This document shows positions 9,318-18,724 of a DNA stretch of 64,000 nt, piece by piece. A program made the position numbers and the translations under genes. Position 1 is the first letter of the stretch, and each line of letters opens with the position of its first letter. This stretch comes from Candidatus Nomurabacteria bacterium (GTDB lineage Bacteria; Patescibacteriota; Patescibacteriia; HK-STAS-PATE-3): the NCBI GenBank assembly GCA_023898465.1, contig CP060223.1:416001-480000 (forward strand), given 5' to 3'. The notes beneath the pieces are model-generated. The model was not told the origin of the DNA. It saw nothing but the letters and a program-made list of their open reading frames with translations, and did not search any database.

Positions 9318-11176
9318 TGAAAATTCCTCGATTACAAAATCAGAGCGGAGTTGAACTCATCATGCTGATTGTGATGAGCGGTGTGTTGCTTTCCATTTTC
9401 ACGGCTGGATTTCTCCTAATTAATGCAGAAAAGCGTTTAACTATCCGATCAGCCGATCGTGAACGAGTGCACGCTATTGCGGAGGCGGGTATTAATTATT
9501 ACCGTTGGCATTTAGCACATAGTCCAGAGGACTATACCGATGGCGATGATATTTTACTTGATGATATTTCTCGGGCAGGATATACCGAAGCCTATCTCGA
9601 CCTTGGCTCTCAATACTATAGCGATGCCACATCCACATTACTTAGTATTCCCGCCTCTCTCGACCAGGCTCTCTGGTTAAGGACAAAACAAGCTGATGCT
9701 GCAGACACATCTGATTCCTTTTTGAGCTTTTGGGTAAATCGACCAGTTATTGTCTCTATTGGTTACGATAATCGTGGTACGGCTCCAACTTGGCTAAGCG
9801 GATCATTCACCGACTCTGGCCAACAAATCCAAGTAAGTGATGCTGGGGCATCTCCGCTGCGTGTTTGGCAAAAACAATTCTCAGCTGGCTCCAGCGTACT
9901 TTTAGGTGGTAATCTAGCCTCTGGAGCAAGTGGCGCACTCTCCATGTACACGATTACACTCACTCCAGTCGATTCAAGCGGTCCGTTTATTCATCCCTAT
10001 ACTGATTTTGATGGAAATGTGATTGGAAGATATAGCATCACTGTGACACCACCTAGCCTAGGTAGCACGATTACCACCGTGAGCTCTACAGGCTACTTAT
10101 TAAGTAGTGAAAAAAGTACACGAACGATAATTGCGCGTTTTGGCATCCCCTCTTTATCTGAGTATGCAGTTGTTGCCAACGATGTTATGCGTTTTGGTGA
10201 AGGCACAGAAACCTTTGGCAAGATACATTCTAACTATGGCATTCGCTTTGATGGACTCGCGCATGGACTTATTACGAGCGCATGCAGCACTTATGATGAT
10301 CCAGATCATAGCGGCCCACAGGAGGATTGCGTACATACTCATCAGCCAAATCCTAATACTGTTTTTGAGGGTGGACGTGAATTTCCCGTTGCCCCAGTAG
10401 ACTTCAATGGCATCACGGGTGATTTAGCAACCCTGAAGACTGCTGCACAAGAACCAAGCGGCGTATACTTATCCCCCTCAGGAGTCCAGGGCTATCATAT
10501 AACACTAAAAACGAACGGGACAATGGACATGCGCCGTGTAACATCTCAAGCGAGCTGCTTATACCGCAGTGGATCATGGCATGCCTATCCTGATGTATTC
10601 TCAATTGGAAATCAAAGTAATTTTACTTACGAAGGTGGGAGTTCTCTCAATGTACCTTTCCCGGCTAATGGAATAATTTTTGCTGAAGATAATATTTGGA
10701 TCGATGGAAGTATTGATAATGCAAAACTTACTATTGTTGCCGCAGAGGAGCCTCTGGCCAGTGGAAATGCAAACATTATTGTAAATAATGATCTCCACTA
10801 CACAAATGAAGATGGCACGGATACCATAGGGCTTATTGCTCAAAATGACTTTCATATTGGCTTCTACAGTGAGGATAATTTAGAGATTGATGCTGCGATT
10901 ATCGCCCAAAAAGGACGGGTGGGTCGTCCCTACTATGCCGACTATGGTTTGCCAAATAACCGCTATAGTCCAAATGCATGTGGAGACTATGTCCACAGGG
11001 ATACCGTCACACTTGATGGCTCAATCGCTACTAATGAGCGATATGGATTTGCCTACACTGACGACACTGGATATCAAAACCGAAATTTGTATTTTGACGA
11101 TAATCTCATTTTTGGTCCTCCCCCCTTATTCCCGACAAGCGGAGAATACGTTATGATTAGTTGGGAAGAACAATAG
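9317..11176 (+). CDS. large pilus-associated protein with PilX-like hydrophobic N-terminus (possible tip/minor pilin)
   Basis: 619 aa with a GTG start. The N-terminus QSGVELIMLIVMSGVLLSIFTAGFLL resembles PilX_N-type non-canonical prepilin leaders. It lies in the operon between the minor pilin and pilM. Weak call. Confidence 0.4.
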   Translation: MKIPRLQNQSGVELIMLIVMSGVLLSIFTAGFLLINAEKRLTIRSADRERVHAIAEAGINYYRWHLAHSPEDYTDGDDILLDDISRAGYTEAYLDLGSQYYSDATSTLLSIPASLDQALWLRTKQADAADTSDSFLSFWVNRPVIVSIGYDNRGTAPTWLSGSFTDSGQQIQVSDAGASPLRVWQKQFSAGSSVLLGGNLASGASGALSMYTITLTPVDSSGPFIHPYTDFDGNVIGRYSITVTPPSLGSTITTVSSTGYLLSSEKSTRTIIARFGIPSLSEYAVVANDVMRFGEGTETFGKIHSNYGIRFDGLAHGLITSACSTYDDPDHSGPQEDCVHTHQPNPNTVFEGGREFPVAPVDFNGITGDLATLKTAAQEPSGVYLSPSGVQGYHITLKTNGTMDMRRVTSQASCLYRSGSWHAYPDVFSIGNQSNFTYEGGSSLNVPFPANGIIFAEDNIWIDGSIDNAKLTIVAAEEPLASGNANIIVNNDLHYTNEDGTDTIGLIAQNDFHIGFYSEDNLEIDAAIIAQKGRVGRPYYADYGLPNNRYSPNACGDYVHRDTVTLDGSIATNERYGFAYTDDTGYQNRNLYFDDNLIFGPPPLFPTSGEYVMISWEEQ

Positions 11177-11177
11177 T

Positions 11178-12227
11178 ATGCCACTACCTAATTTCTCAAA
11201 TGCCTTTGGTTTAGAAATACGTGACACGGAAATACGCGTGGCACAGATTCACCGTCATGGAAAAAAGCTCTCTCTTTCTTCTTATGGTTTTTCGCAAATA
11301 CCAAACGGCGCAATGGAGCGAGGAGAGATCCTTAAATCTGATCAAGTAAAGTTAGCTATCCTCAACGCGCTTAAGTCACCTGTTGGGAAAAATTTTAGCA
11401 GTCAGTATGTAGTATGCGCTATTCCTGAGCAGCACGTTTTTACCACAGTCATCACTCTGCCGGCAAAAAAAAGTATTGAGAAAGACGACGTACAAGCTGC
11501 TGCACTACAGCAAATCCCCTATCCATTAGAAGATATTCAACTTGACTGGACTTTGGTAGATAAAGACGCAAAAACAAATTATATCCTTGTAGGGGCTGCC
11601 CCAAAAAACATAATTGCTGCGTATACTCAGGTACTTCGATCGGCGAATCTTATTCCAGTCGCTCTAGAGCCTCAGTCATCATCCATAGCGCGCGCTCTAC
11701 TGACCTCACATGACGCACAAACCCCAACCATGGTGCTGCACTTTGGACAAAAGCTCCTTACTATCTTTATCGTAAATAAAAACGTAGTATATTTTTCATC
11801 CTCTACGCCTATTTTTTCAGGTGAATCGATTATCAGTCTACTCAGTAAAAAGCTTGATTTAAATGCTGATAAGGCACGGAAGGCTGCTCAGTTATTCGGA
11901 TTACAAGCCAAAGAAGGAAAAGGCGAGGTGCGACGCGCACTTCTTCCTGAAATAAGTGCCTTAATGGAACATATTGAACAAATAAAAGAGTACTCAAGTA
12001 GCCACTTACCCGCTCCGGTGCATAACATCAGCACCATGCTAGTAACCGGAGAAATGAGCTCACTGCCTGGCCTAGCTGAATACCTACAGGAAGAGCTGCG
12101 CATACCAATTCAGCCAGGCTTACCTGGTGAGCGATATCAGCTTGAGATACCACAGAAGGAGCTTACATCGCTTGATCTGCAGTCCTCTGCTACGGTCTTA
12201 GGATTAGCTTTGCACGAACTCGCATGA
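11178..12227 (+). CDS. pilM: type IV pilus assembly protein PilM (actin-like ATPase fold)
   Basis: 349 aa. The N-terminal block FGLEIRDTEIRVAQI is typical of PilM/FtsA-like proteins. It is followed by PilN/PilO-like genes. Confidence 0.8.
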   Translation: MPLPNFSNAFGLEIRDTEIRVAQIHRHGKKLSLSSYGFSQIPNGAMERGEILKSDQVKLAILNALKSPVGKNFSSQYVVCAIPEQHVFTTVITLPAKKSIEKDDVQAAALQQIPYPLEDIQLDWTLVDKDAKTNYILVGAAPKNIIAAYTQVLRSANLIPVALEPQSSSIARALLTSHDAQTPTMVLHFGQKLLTIFIVNKNVVYFSSSTPIFSGESIISLLSKKLDLNADKARKAAQLFGLQAKEGKGEVRRALLPEISALMEHIEQIKEYSSSHLPAPVHNISTMLVTGEMSSLPGLAEYLQEELRIPIQPGLPGERYQLEIPQKELTSLDLQSSATVLGLALHELA

Positions 12228-12784
12228 AATCACTTAACTTTCTATTTCAAGAAGATCGCCAGGCCCTCCAAAGAGCTTATCAAGAGTTGCGTTTTCAGCA
12301 CACGTCTCTGCTTATTGTATTAAGCGTTGGACTCATTTCCGGACTTGTTTGGGGTACCAACCAGCTCCTTCATGTACGCATTCAACAACTTGACGATGAA
12401 ATCCAATCCACCCAGCAAACCGAACTCGTGCAGCAAACTACTGCCGCTGAATCAAAGGTGCGTGAGTTTAATACTCTAGTAAAGTTTTTTAGTGAAGAGA
12501 CAGAACTCATCTTTCCCCTCAGTGATCGTGTTGCTGAAATTAGTAAGATAATTCCCACAGGAATAAAAGTAGATCAACTTAGCTTAAATATGAATGCAAA
12601 ACAGCTTACCTTAGCTGGCAGCGCAAGCAACCGTGATAGTTACCTTTCCCTACGTGATGCACTAGCAAACACTGGATGGTTTGAGAGCGTGGAATTACCA
12701 ATTACAGATCTACTTAGCCGGGAAAATATCCGCTTTACGCTGCAGACTGATTTAACCGATGAGTTTTTTAACATAAGCAAATGA
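12224..12784 (+). CDS. pilN: PilN-like pilus assembly protein (single TM plus coiled coil)
   Basis: 186 aa with one N-proximal TM (LLIVLSVGLISGLVWG) and a coiled-coil/periplasmic domain. It is in the operon position after pilM and overlaps it by 4 nt. Confidence 0.5.
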   Translation: MKSLNFLFQEDRQALQRAYQELRFQHTSLLIVLSVGLISGLVWGTNQLLHVRIQQLDDEIQSTQQTELVQQTTAAESKVREFNTLVKFFSEETELIFPLSDRVAEISKIIPTGIKVDQLSLNMNAKQLTLAGSASNRDSYLSLRDALANTGWFESVELPITDLLSRENIRFTLQTDLTDEFFNISK

Positions 12785-13332
12785 AACTAGCCGGACAAAA
12801 AACTCGAGTTTTCATTATAGTCGAGCTTGGTATTTCACTCGCCTTGCTGCTACTCATCATTTTACCAAGCTGGCAAAATATTGAAGGAAGTAAAAAAACA
12901 ATAACAGAACGTCGCGTCACTCAGGCTGAGACAAATCAACTCACCGAGCGATCCAATGATCTTATCCAACGTAGCGGAGAGCTAGAGGGCAAAATTAATA
13001 CTCTGCAGGATCGCCTTATCAGCCCTGCCACTGCACTTGATTTCCTCACCCAGCTAGAATCTACCGCCTCCGCTTCAAACGTTGTATTGGATGTAAAAAG
13101 CTTTGACCAGCCTAGCGCACAAAAAAAGGAAGGGGCGCTTAGCTTGTCAGCCATTGGCAGCTTCAGTGAGGTGCTTGGCTTTATTCATGAAATTGAACGC
13201 TTAAATTGGCTCCTTCAGATAGAGAACGTCAGCTTCTCCCCTAGTGCGGCTAATAACCGCAGCCAATCAGATACAGACACGGGTAACGCAGTGACGCTCA
13301 GTCTCGAGGCGTCTACCTTCTGGAAGGAATAA
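12781..13332 (+). CDS. pilO: PilO-like pilus assembly protein
   Basis: 183 aa. N-terminal TM, then a coiled-coil region (QLTERSNDLIQRSGELEGKINTLQDRL), then an alpha/beta domain. It overlaps pilN by 4 nt. Confidence 0.5.
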   Translation: MKLAGQKTRVFIIVELGISLALLLLIILPSWQNIEGSKKTITERRVTQAETNQLTERSNDLIQRSGELEGKINTLQDRLISPATALDFLTQLESTASASNVVLDVKSFDQPSAQKKEGALSLSAIGSFSEVLGFIHEIERLNWLLQIENVSFSPSAANNRSQSDTDTGNAVTLSLEASTFWKE

Positions 13333-13336
13333 TACT

Positions 13337-13612
13337 ATGACACTTTCTCTCTCCTCACTCTCACAAGCCACAAAACGTTTCCACGGTCTCTTACTGAGTC
13401 TTTTTGTCCTGGTGCTGGTAGGCGCACTTGGTTTCTTCCTCTATAGCAACATTTATCAAACCCTTATTCAACCTCAATCGCTTGACTCTATTCTCACTGA
13501 ACGAAAGCAAACCAAGATTCTAACGAGTGAATACGACGACCTTATTATCAGAGATCAAGAATGGAGAGCGGCCCCTAAGCCCGCAAACGCGGTTGATATA
13601 TTTCATCGTTAG
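13337..13612 (+). CDS. small membrane-anchored protein at the end of the pilus operon (PilP position), unknown
   Basis: 91 aa with a single TM (LLLSLFVLVLVGALGFFLY). No motif recognised. Confidence 0.35.
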   Translation: MTLSLSSLSQATKRFHGLLLSLFVLVLVGALGFFLYSNIYQTLIQPQSLDSILTERKQTKILTSEYDDLIIRDQEWRAAPKPANAVDIFHR

Positions 13613-13676
13613 GAAAACTTGACGAAAATACAGTATATGTGATAGTTTCCCTCAAGTTAGCACTTATTTGTGACCT

Positions 13677-13955
13677 ATGGCCCATACTAAATCTGGAGGT
13701 TCCACTTCGCTAGGACGCGATTCCGCTGGTCAACGACTAGGAATGAAGCGTTTTAGTGGACAGCGTGTCCGTGCTGGTGAAGTACTTGTACGTCAACGTG
13801 GCACTCACCTCCGCCCTGGAGTAAACGTCCGACGAGGCAATGATGATACTCTGTACGCTGTTACCAGCGGAACAGTGCAAGTAAAACAGCGCAAAGTCCG
13901 CCTGTTTAATAACAAGTTAGTTGCTCGACGTTACGTTTCTATTCAGGCTGAATAA
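13677..13955 (+). CDS. rpmA: 50S ribosomal protein L27
   Basis: 92 aa. The N-terminal [16 protein letters not shown]...[10 protein letters not shown]...VRQRGT block matches L27 along its length. Confidence 0.9.
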   Translation: MAHTKSGGSTSLGRDSAGQRLGMKRFSGQRVRAGEVLVRQRGTHLRPGVNVRRGNDDTLYAVTSGTVQVKQRKVRLFNNKLVARRYVSIQAE

Positions 13956-13974
13956 CTGATAGCAAAAGCAAAGG

Positions 13975-14000
13975 TAGTCCGACGGGCTATTTTTGTTTTG
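13975..14000 (+). terminator. putative rho-independent terminator after rpmA (overlaps the pyrG stop on the opposite strand)
   Basis: Hairpin tagtcc-gacg-gggcta (6 bp including one G-U) followed by TTTTTGTTTT. Confidence 0.35.
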
Positions 14001-15630
14001 CCAAGCATGCCCGGACAAACGCTGCGAACAAGGGGTGAGCCTGGGTAGGTCGAGTCAGAAATTCTGGATGAAATTGCACTCCAACAAAGAATGGGTGCCC
14101 GGGTAATTCTACAATCTCTGCCAAGTCCTTTTGCGTATAGGTACCAGAGACAAGCAATCCAGCTTTCTCTAATTCAGGTCGGTATTCATTATTCAATTCG
14201 TAGCGATGACGATGTCGCTCAAGTATTTTTTGCGTTCCATACGCTTTTGCCGCTACGCTATCCTTTTTTAGCTTACAAGGATATTCACCCAAGCGCATTG
14301 AACCGCCGTAATCCTTGTGTTTTAGCTTTTCCTCTTGCTCCGGCAGTATATGAATGACTGGATGTGACGTTTTTGGATTAATTTCCGTGGTATTTGCATC
14401 CTTCCACCCTAATACGTGGCGAGCAAATTCCACTACAGCTAATTGCATGCCATAGCAAAGACCAAAATACGGGATTTTATGCTCTCGAGCATATTGAATC
14501 GCTTTTATTTTTCCCTCAATACCCCTACTGCCAAATCCACCCGGAACAATTAATCCATCAAGCTTATCAAGTCCACGCAGTTTTGAGCTATTTTTTTCAA
14601 ATTCGCTCGAATCTATCCAAACAATTTCAGGCTTGGCATGTACTGCCCAAGCGGCATGCTTAATTGACTCAATAACTGATATATATGCATCGAGCAGGGT
14701 GAAATCGCCGCTACCAAAGTACTTACCAGCTATACCAATTCTCACCTTTTTCTTCGGATTCTCGATTTTTCGATTTAGGGACTTCCAATCTGCTAAATCA
14801 TTCTTGCGGGCTTTTAAGCCAAAGTTATTTAATATCTTATCTGCCAAATGCTCCTTTTCGAAATTCAAAGGAATCTGGTAAATACTCGATACATCAGGCG
14901 CGGAAATGATATCCTTGGCCGGAACGCCTGTGTTCATGGCTATGCGCTCTCTGCGTGGAGCATCAAGTGCATGTGAGCCTCGAGCCAAAATAAAATGCGG
15001 CTGTATACCTGCTGAATTAAGCGTTCTCACCGCATATTGCGTTGGCTTCGTCTTCATTTCTCCTAGATTTCCAGGAATAGGGAGATAGCTTACTAGTACG
15101 TACTGCACATCACCTGGCTGCAATTGGCTTAACATGCGAGCAGCTTCTAGGAAAAGCAAATTCTGATACTCGCCAACTGTTCCGCCAATTTCAATAAGTG
15201 CAATCTCAGCCTTACTCTTCTTCACTGCTTCACGGATGCGGCGAATGACCTCATTTGGAACGTGTGGCACAACCTCTACCTGCTTGCCTCCAAAAGCCAA
15301 ATTACGCTCAGCCTGGATGAGTGACAGGTAAACCGAGCCCGTGGTCATGTAGTTTGTCTTGGTAAGCTCAGTATTCAAAAAACGTTCGTAATTTCCAATG
15401 TCCTGATCCGTTTCCATGCCATCCTTGGTAACAAAAACTTCCCCATGCTCAGTCGGATTCATAGTACCTGCGTCAACATTAACGTAGGGATCTATTTTAA
15501 GTGAGGTAACGCGATAACCCTTACGCTGCAATAAAAGTCCGATCGATGAGGTGGCAACACCTTTACCTAAGCCAGAGAGCACGCCTCCCATTATAAAAAC
15601 ATACTTGGTGGATTTTTTTGATGTGCTCAT
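13987..15630 (-). CDS. pyrG: CTP synthase
   Basis: 547 aa. N-terminal VFIMGGVLSGLGKGVATSSIGLLL, and a C-terminal glutamine amidotransferase domain with GLCYGMQ (catalytic Cys) and HPEF. Confidence 0.95.
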   Translation of the reverse strand: MSTSKKSTKYVFIMGGVLSGLGKGVATSSIGLLLQRKGYRVTSLKIDPYVNVDAGTMNPTEHGEVFVTKDGMETDQDIGNYERFLNTELTKTNYMTTGSVYLSLIQAERNLAFGGKQVEVVPHVPNEVIRRIREAVKKSKAEIALIEIGGTVGEYQNLLFLEAARMLSQLQPGDVQYVLVSYLPIPGNLGEMKTKPTQYAVRTLNSAGIQPHFILARGSHALDAPRRERIAMNTGVPAKDIISAPDVSSIYQIPLNFEKEHLADKILNNFGLKARKNDLADWKSLNRKIENPKKKVRIGIAGKYFGSGDFTLLDAYISVIESIKHAAWAVHAKPEIVWIDSSEFEKNSSKLRGLDKLDGLIVPGGFGSRGIEGKIKAIQYAREHKIPYFGLCYGMQLAVVEFARHVLGWKDANTTEINPKTSHPVIHILPEQEEKLKHKDYGGSMRLGEYPCKLKKDSVAAKAYGTQKILERHRHRYELNNEYRPELEKAGLLVSGTYTQKDLAEIVELPGHPFFVGVQFHPEFLTRPTQAHPLFAAFVRACLAKQK

Positions 15631-16073
15631 TGCTGGACCTTAATAATAATATGAAGCGACCCTTTGAGGGAGTTAATTTGCCAATCAATATTTTGCTCGC
15701 CAGCATTTTTAAGATGCTCTGGAGTAATACGGAAATGTTCAGGCACCCGAAGAGTAAGCTTTTCTTGTAAAGCCTTACGTATATCTTGTGCCCCTAAGCT
15801 GCCGTATAAAGTGCCGTCGCTATTTCCTTTTGCAAGCAGTTCAAGGGAGCTTTTTTCTATGGCCTGCTGGAGCTTTTTCAGTTGAGCATGGTTTTTTACT
15901 TCCTCATCTTTTTGCTTCTTCGCCTTCTCCTTTGCTTGAGCAATCGCTTCTGGTGATGCCACCTTGGCTAAATTCCTCGCAAACAAAAAGTTGCGGGCAT
16001 ATCCGGGCTTCACATGGTGAATTTCCCCGGCTTTTCCAAGCCCTGGTACTGAAGCTATGAGGATAACGTCCAT
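15627..16073 (-). CDS. rplI: 50S ribosomal protein L9
   Basis: Residues MDVILIASVPGLGKAGEIHHVKPGYARNFLFARNLA match the L9 N-domain. The likely start is the internal Met of the 154-aa ORF, because a TG-extended -10 (TGcTAAAAT, minus strand) overlaps the first ATG. The stop overlaps the pyrG start (ATGA). Confidence 0.8.
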   Translation of the reverse strand: MDVILIASVPGLGKAGEIHHVKPGYARNFLFARNLAKVASPEAIAQAKEKAKKQKDEEVKNHAQLKKLQQAIEKSSLELLAKGNSDGTLYGSLGAQDIRKALQEKLTLRVPEHFRITPEHLKNAGEQNIDWQINSLKGSLHIIIKVQQ

Positions 16074-16155
16074 ACTTGAATTCATGCGCATTTTAGCACA
16101 TGATGTGCAATCTGAAAAAGCTTCGCGCTATTTAGGCTATTTCGCAGCCTTTTTA

Positions 16156-17391
16156 CTACTCACTAGGAAAAAGTGTCTGGAGGGCCGCCTCTAATTGCGG
16201 ATCCCGGTCATTATCATAATCGTCCTGGGTGAGCTCAACGTTTTGATCAGGATCTAGGCCTGATTGATCAATCGAGGTCCCATTCGGAGTTAACCAGCGT
16301 GCAACCGTAATCTTTACACTTGCCCCGTTCTCTAACTGGATAAAGTCCTGGACAGAGCCTTTTCCAAAAGTAGTAACACCAACCAATTGAGAGCCGTCAT
16401 CATCCCGTAATGCCCCGGCAACAATCTCAGCCGCTGAGGCTGTACCTTCATTTACCAAAACGACAACAGGGAGGTCTTTTAATTCATGCTTACCAGTGGT
16501 CGAATAACTTATGCGCTGGCCATCCCCTTTTTCTTCAAAAAGCACTGTATCGCCTTCATTGAGAAATACGCTCGCGACATCTATCCCTGCCTGTAAATAA
16601 CCACCCGGGTTATTGCGTAAATCAAGCACTATGCCATCTGGAGAGTCTAATATCATATCGCTAATCGCCTCGTGCAGCTCAGCTTGCGTTGTGTCAGAAA
16701 AACTGGATATGCTTATGAATGCGTATTCTTTACCATTCTCAAGCGTTTTGCGCTCAGCTTTAACGCTTTTTACACTAATTGCATCACGAGTAATTGTTAG
16801 CGTTCGTGCATCCTCATCACCATTCTGCACAGTAACCTGAACAGTGGTATCTTTAGCGCCACGCAACATATCTACCGCTTGGGTTAAAGTAAGAAAGTCA
16901 GCTGGCTGATCATCAATAGCCAAGATAACATCCCCAGCTCGTACACCAGCTTTTGCTGCTGGTGAGTCTGGTAAAGGAGCGATAACAGTTAGTCTGTCTT
17001 TTTTAATGCCTATTTCGGCTCCAATACCTTCGAAATTTCCCTGGATGTCGCCTAAAAAGTCCTTTGTTTGTTCTGAGCTCAAATAAATCGTGTAAGGATC
17101 ACTTAAGCTATTCACCATTCCAGCAATTGCGCCCTCGATTAACTCATCATTCGTTACTGGCTGATGTAGGTAATCCTGCTTTATCGTGTTCCAGACGCTT
17201 TCGAATACTGCTGTACTACTCTTTGATCCAGAAACGCGCTCTAAAGCGCCTAGGAAGCCTTCTAGAGTGTCTGGATGGGGCGTGCGAAGCCACCAGCCAA
17301 GCCCAAAGCCAATAACAAGCAAAAGTAGCCCTCCAATGAAGCGCCGCTGCCGTGTTTGCAATGATTCACTACGGAAACTATACGGATCCAT
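16156..17391 (-). CDS. ctpA: carboxyl-terminal processing protease (S41 family) with PDZ domain
   Basis: 411 aa. N-terminal TM, a PDZ block GIGAEIG...AGVRAGDVILAIDDQ, and an S41 catalytic region LVNEGTASAAEIVAGAL. Confidence 0.85.
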   Translation of the reverse strand: MDPYSFRSESLQTRQRRFIGGLLLLVIGFGLGWWLRTPHPDTLEGFLGALERVSGSKSSTAVFESVWNTIKQDYLHQPVTNDELIEGAIAGMVNSLSDPYTIYLSSEQTKDFLGDIQGNFEGIGAEIGIKKDRLTVIAPLPDSPAAKAGVRAGDVILAIDDQPADFLTLTQAVDMLRGAKDTTVQVTVQNGDEDARTLTITRDAISVKSVKAERKTLENGKEYAFISISSFSDTTQAELHEAISDMILDSPDGIVLDLRNNPGGYLQAGIDVASVFLNEGDTVLFEEKGDGQRISYSTTGKHELKDLPVVVLVNEGTASAAEIVAGALRDDDGSQLVGVTTFGKGSVQDFIQLENGASVKITVARWLTPNGTSIDQSGLDPDQNVELTQDDYDNDRDPQLEAALQTLFPSE

Positions 17392-18644
17392 TACTCGACC
17401 CTCTCAATCTGCGCACCAAGCTCACGTAAACGCTGATCAATTCGTTCGTAGCCACGATCCACCTGTTGTACATTATCAATAACGCTTTTTCCTTTTGCGA
17501 TAAGAGCGGCGATAACCAAAGCCATACCAGCTCGAATGTCAGGTGACTCCATTTTTTTCGCAACCAGTGGCGTAGGACCTTCGACCACCACACGGTGGGG
17601 ATCAGCCATAATGATTTTTGCACCCATACGATTCAAAATGTCGGTGTAGAAAAGTCGGCCTTCATAAATAACTTCTTGAACAAGGCTCATTCCGCTAGCC
17701 TGAGTAAGTAAAACAGTAAATGGCGGCTGTAAATCAGTATTAAACCCTGGATGTTCACGAGTTCGTAATTCAAGAGCTTGCAAGTGCTTTGCTTTATGTA
17801 CAAGTACCGTGCTGTCATTTATTTCATAATTCCCACCAGCTCGCTTTAACATCGTCCAAAAGGTCGCTAAATCCTCTGGTTGCGTATCAGTAATGGCTAT
17901 TTCTTCGCCAATAAGGTTTCCTAGTACTGCGAAAGTGCCTGTTTCAATACGATCAGGCATAATTCGAGTTTTTCCTCCACCTAAGCTATCGACGCCGTGA
18001 ATTGTTAAGGTGTGATGTCCCACATTTTCTATCTTTGCGCCTAGGCTATTCAACCACTCACAGAGTGAAGCCACCTCAGGCTCCATAGCAGCGTTAATTA
18101 TCTTGGTGGTGCCCTGCGCCATCACCGCCCCTAAAATAAGGCTTTCGGTTCCGGTATGAGAAATCCAGGGAAAGGTAAATTCACCGCCCTGTATTTTTTT
18201 AGCGCTGATATGAAAAACGTCATCTTTCTCTTCGACTTTTGCGCCTAAGGCACGATATCCATCCAAGAAAAGATCAATGGGACGCTTACCAAGAACGCAA
18301 CCACCTGGAAAACTGAAGCGCACCTCACCAAATCGGGCAAGCAGCGGGGCTACACAAAGTATAGATGAGCGCAATTTAGCTGATAAGTCAGCCGGCAGCT
18401 CGCTTGTTTGGACCTCTTTAGCATTAATAACATACGTATTCTCGTGTGGATGTTGCACATCAGCACCAATAGCCCGTAGTAGGTCAGCCAAGTTATGCAC
18501 ATCTGCAATTTCAGGCACATTTTCTAGTGTCCACGTCTCTTTACTCAAAAGCGCCGCTGCCATGAATTTCAGGGCTGCATTTTTGGCACCACTCACTCGA
18601 ATACTGCCAGACAAAGTCCGGCCACCATTAATCGTAAATTGCAT
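17391..18644 (-). CDS. murA: UDP-N-acetylglucosamine 1-carboxyvinyltransferase
   Basis: 417 aa. MQFTINGGRTLSGSIRVSGAKNAALKFMAAALLS matches MurA/EPSP-synthase-fold signatures throughout. Confidence 0.9.
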   Translation of the reverse strand: MQFTINGGRTLSGSIRVSGAKNAALKFMAAALLSKETWTLENVPEIADVHNLADLLRAIGADVQHPHENTYVINAKEVQTSELPADLSAKLRSSILCVAPLLARFGEVRFSFPGGCVLGKRPIDLFLDGYRALGAKVEEKDDVFHISAKKIQGGEFTFPWISHTGTESLILGAVMAQGTTKIINAAMEPEVASLCEWLNSLGAKIENVGHHTLTIHGVDSLGGGKTRIMPDRIETGTFAVLGNLIGEEIAITDTQPEDLATFWTMLKRAGGNYEINDSTVLVHKAKHLQALELRTREHPGFNTDLQPPFTVLLTQASGMSLVQEVIYEGRLFYTDILNRMGAKIIMADPHRVVVEGPTPLVAKKMESPDIRAGMALVIAALIAKGKSVIDNVQQVDRGYERIDQRLRELGAQIERVE

Positions 18645-18724
18645 CTCTTGGTGAAGTATTGTTCAATCTGCTACACTAAATTTTGCTATACATACTGTAT
18701 CGTAAAGCCCCCAAACCGTCAAAG

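Noticed and set aside
10131-10855. ORFs 10131..10400 (+), 10154..10342 (-), 10413..10604 (-), 10601..10855 (-) within the 619-aa pilus-associated gene
   Set aside because: They are internal or antisense to a long ORF that is part of a tightly overlapping operon. No RBS or motifs.
16090-16110. Upstream Met (16091) of the rplI ORF as the true start
   Set aside because: A TG-extended -10-like element (TGcTAAAAT on the minus strand) overlaps that codon. The conserved L9 N-terminus begins at the internal Met (16073).
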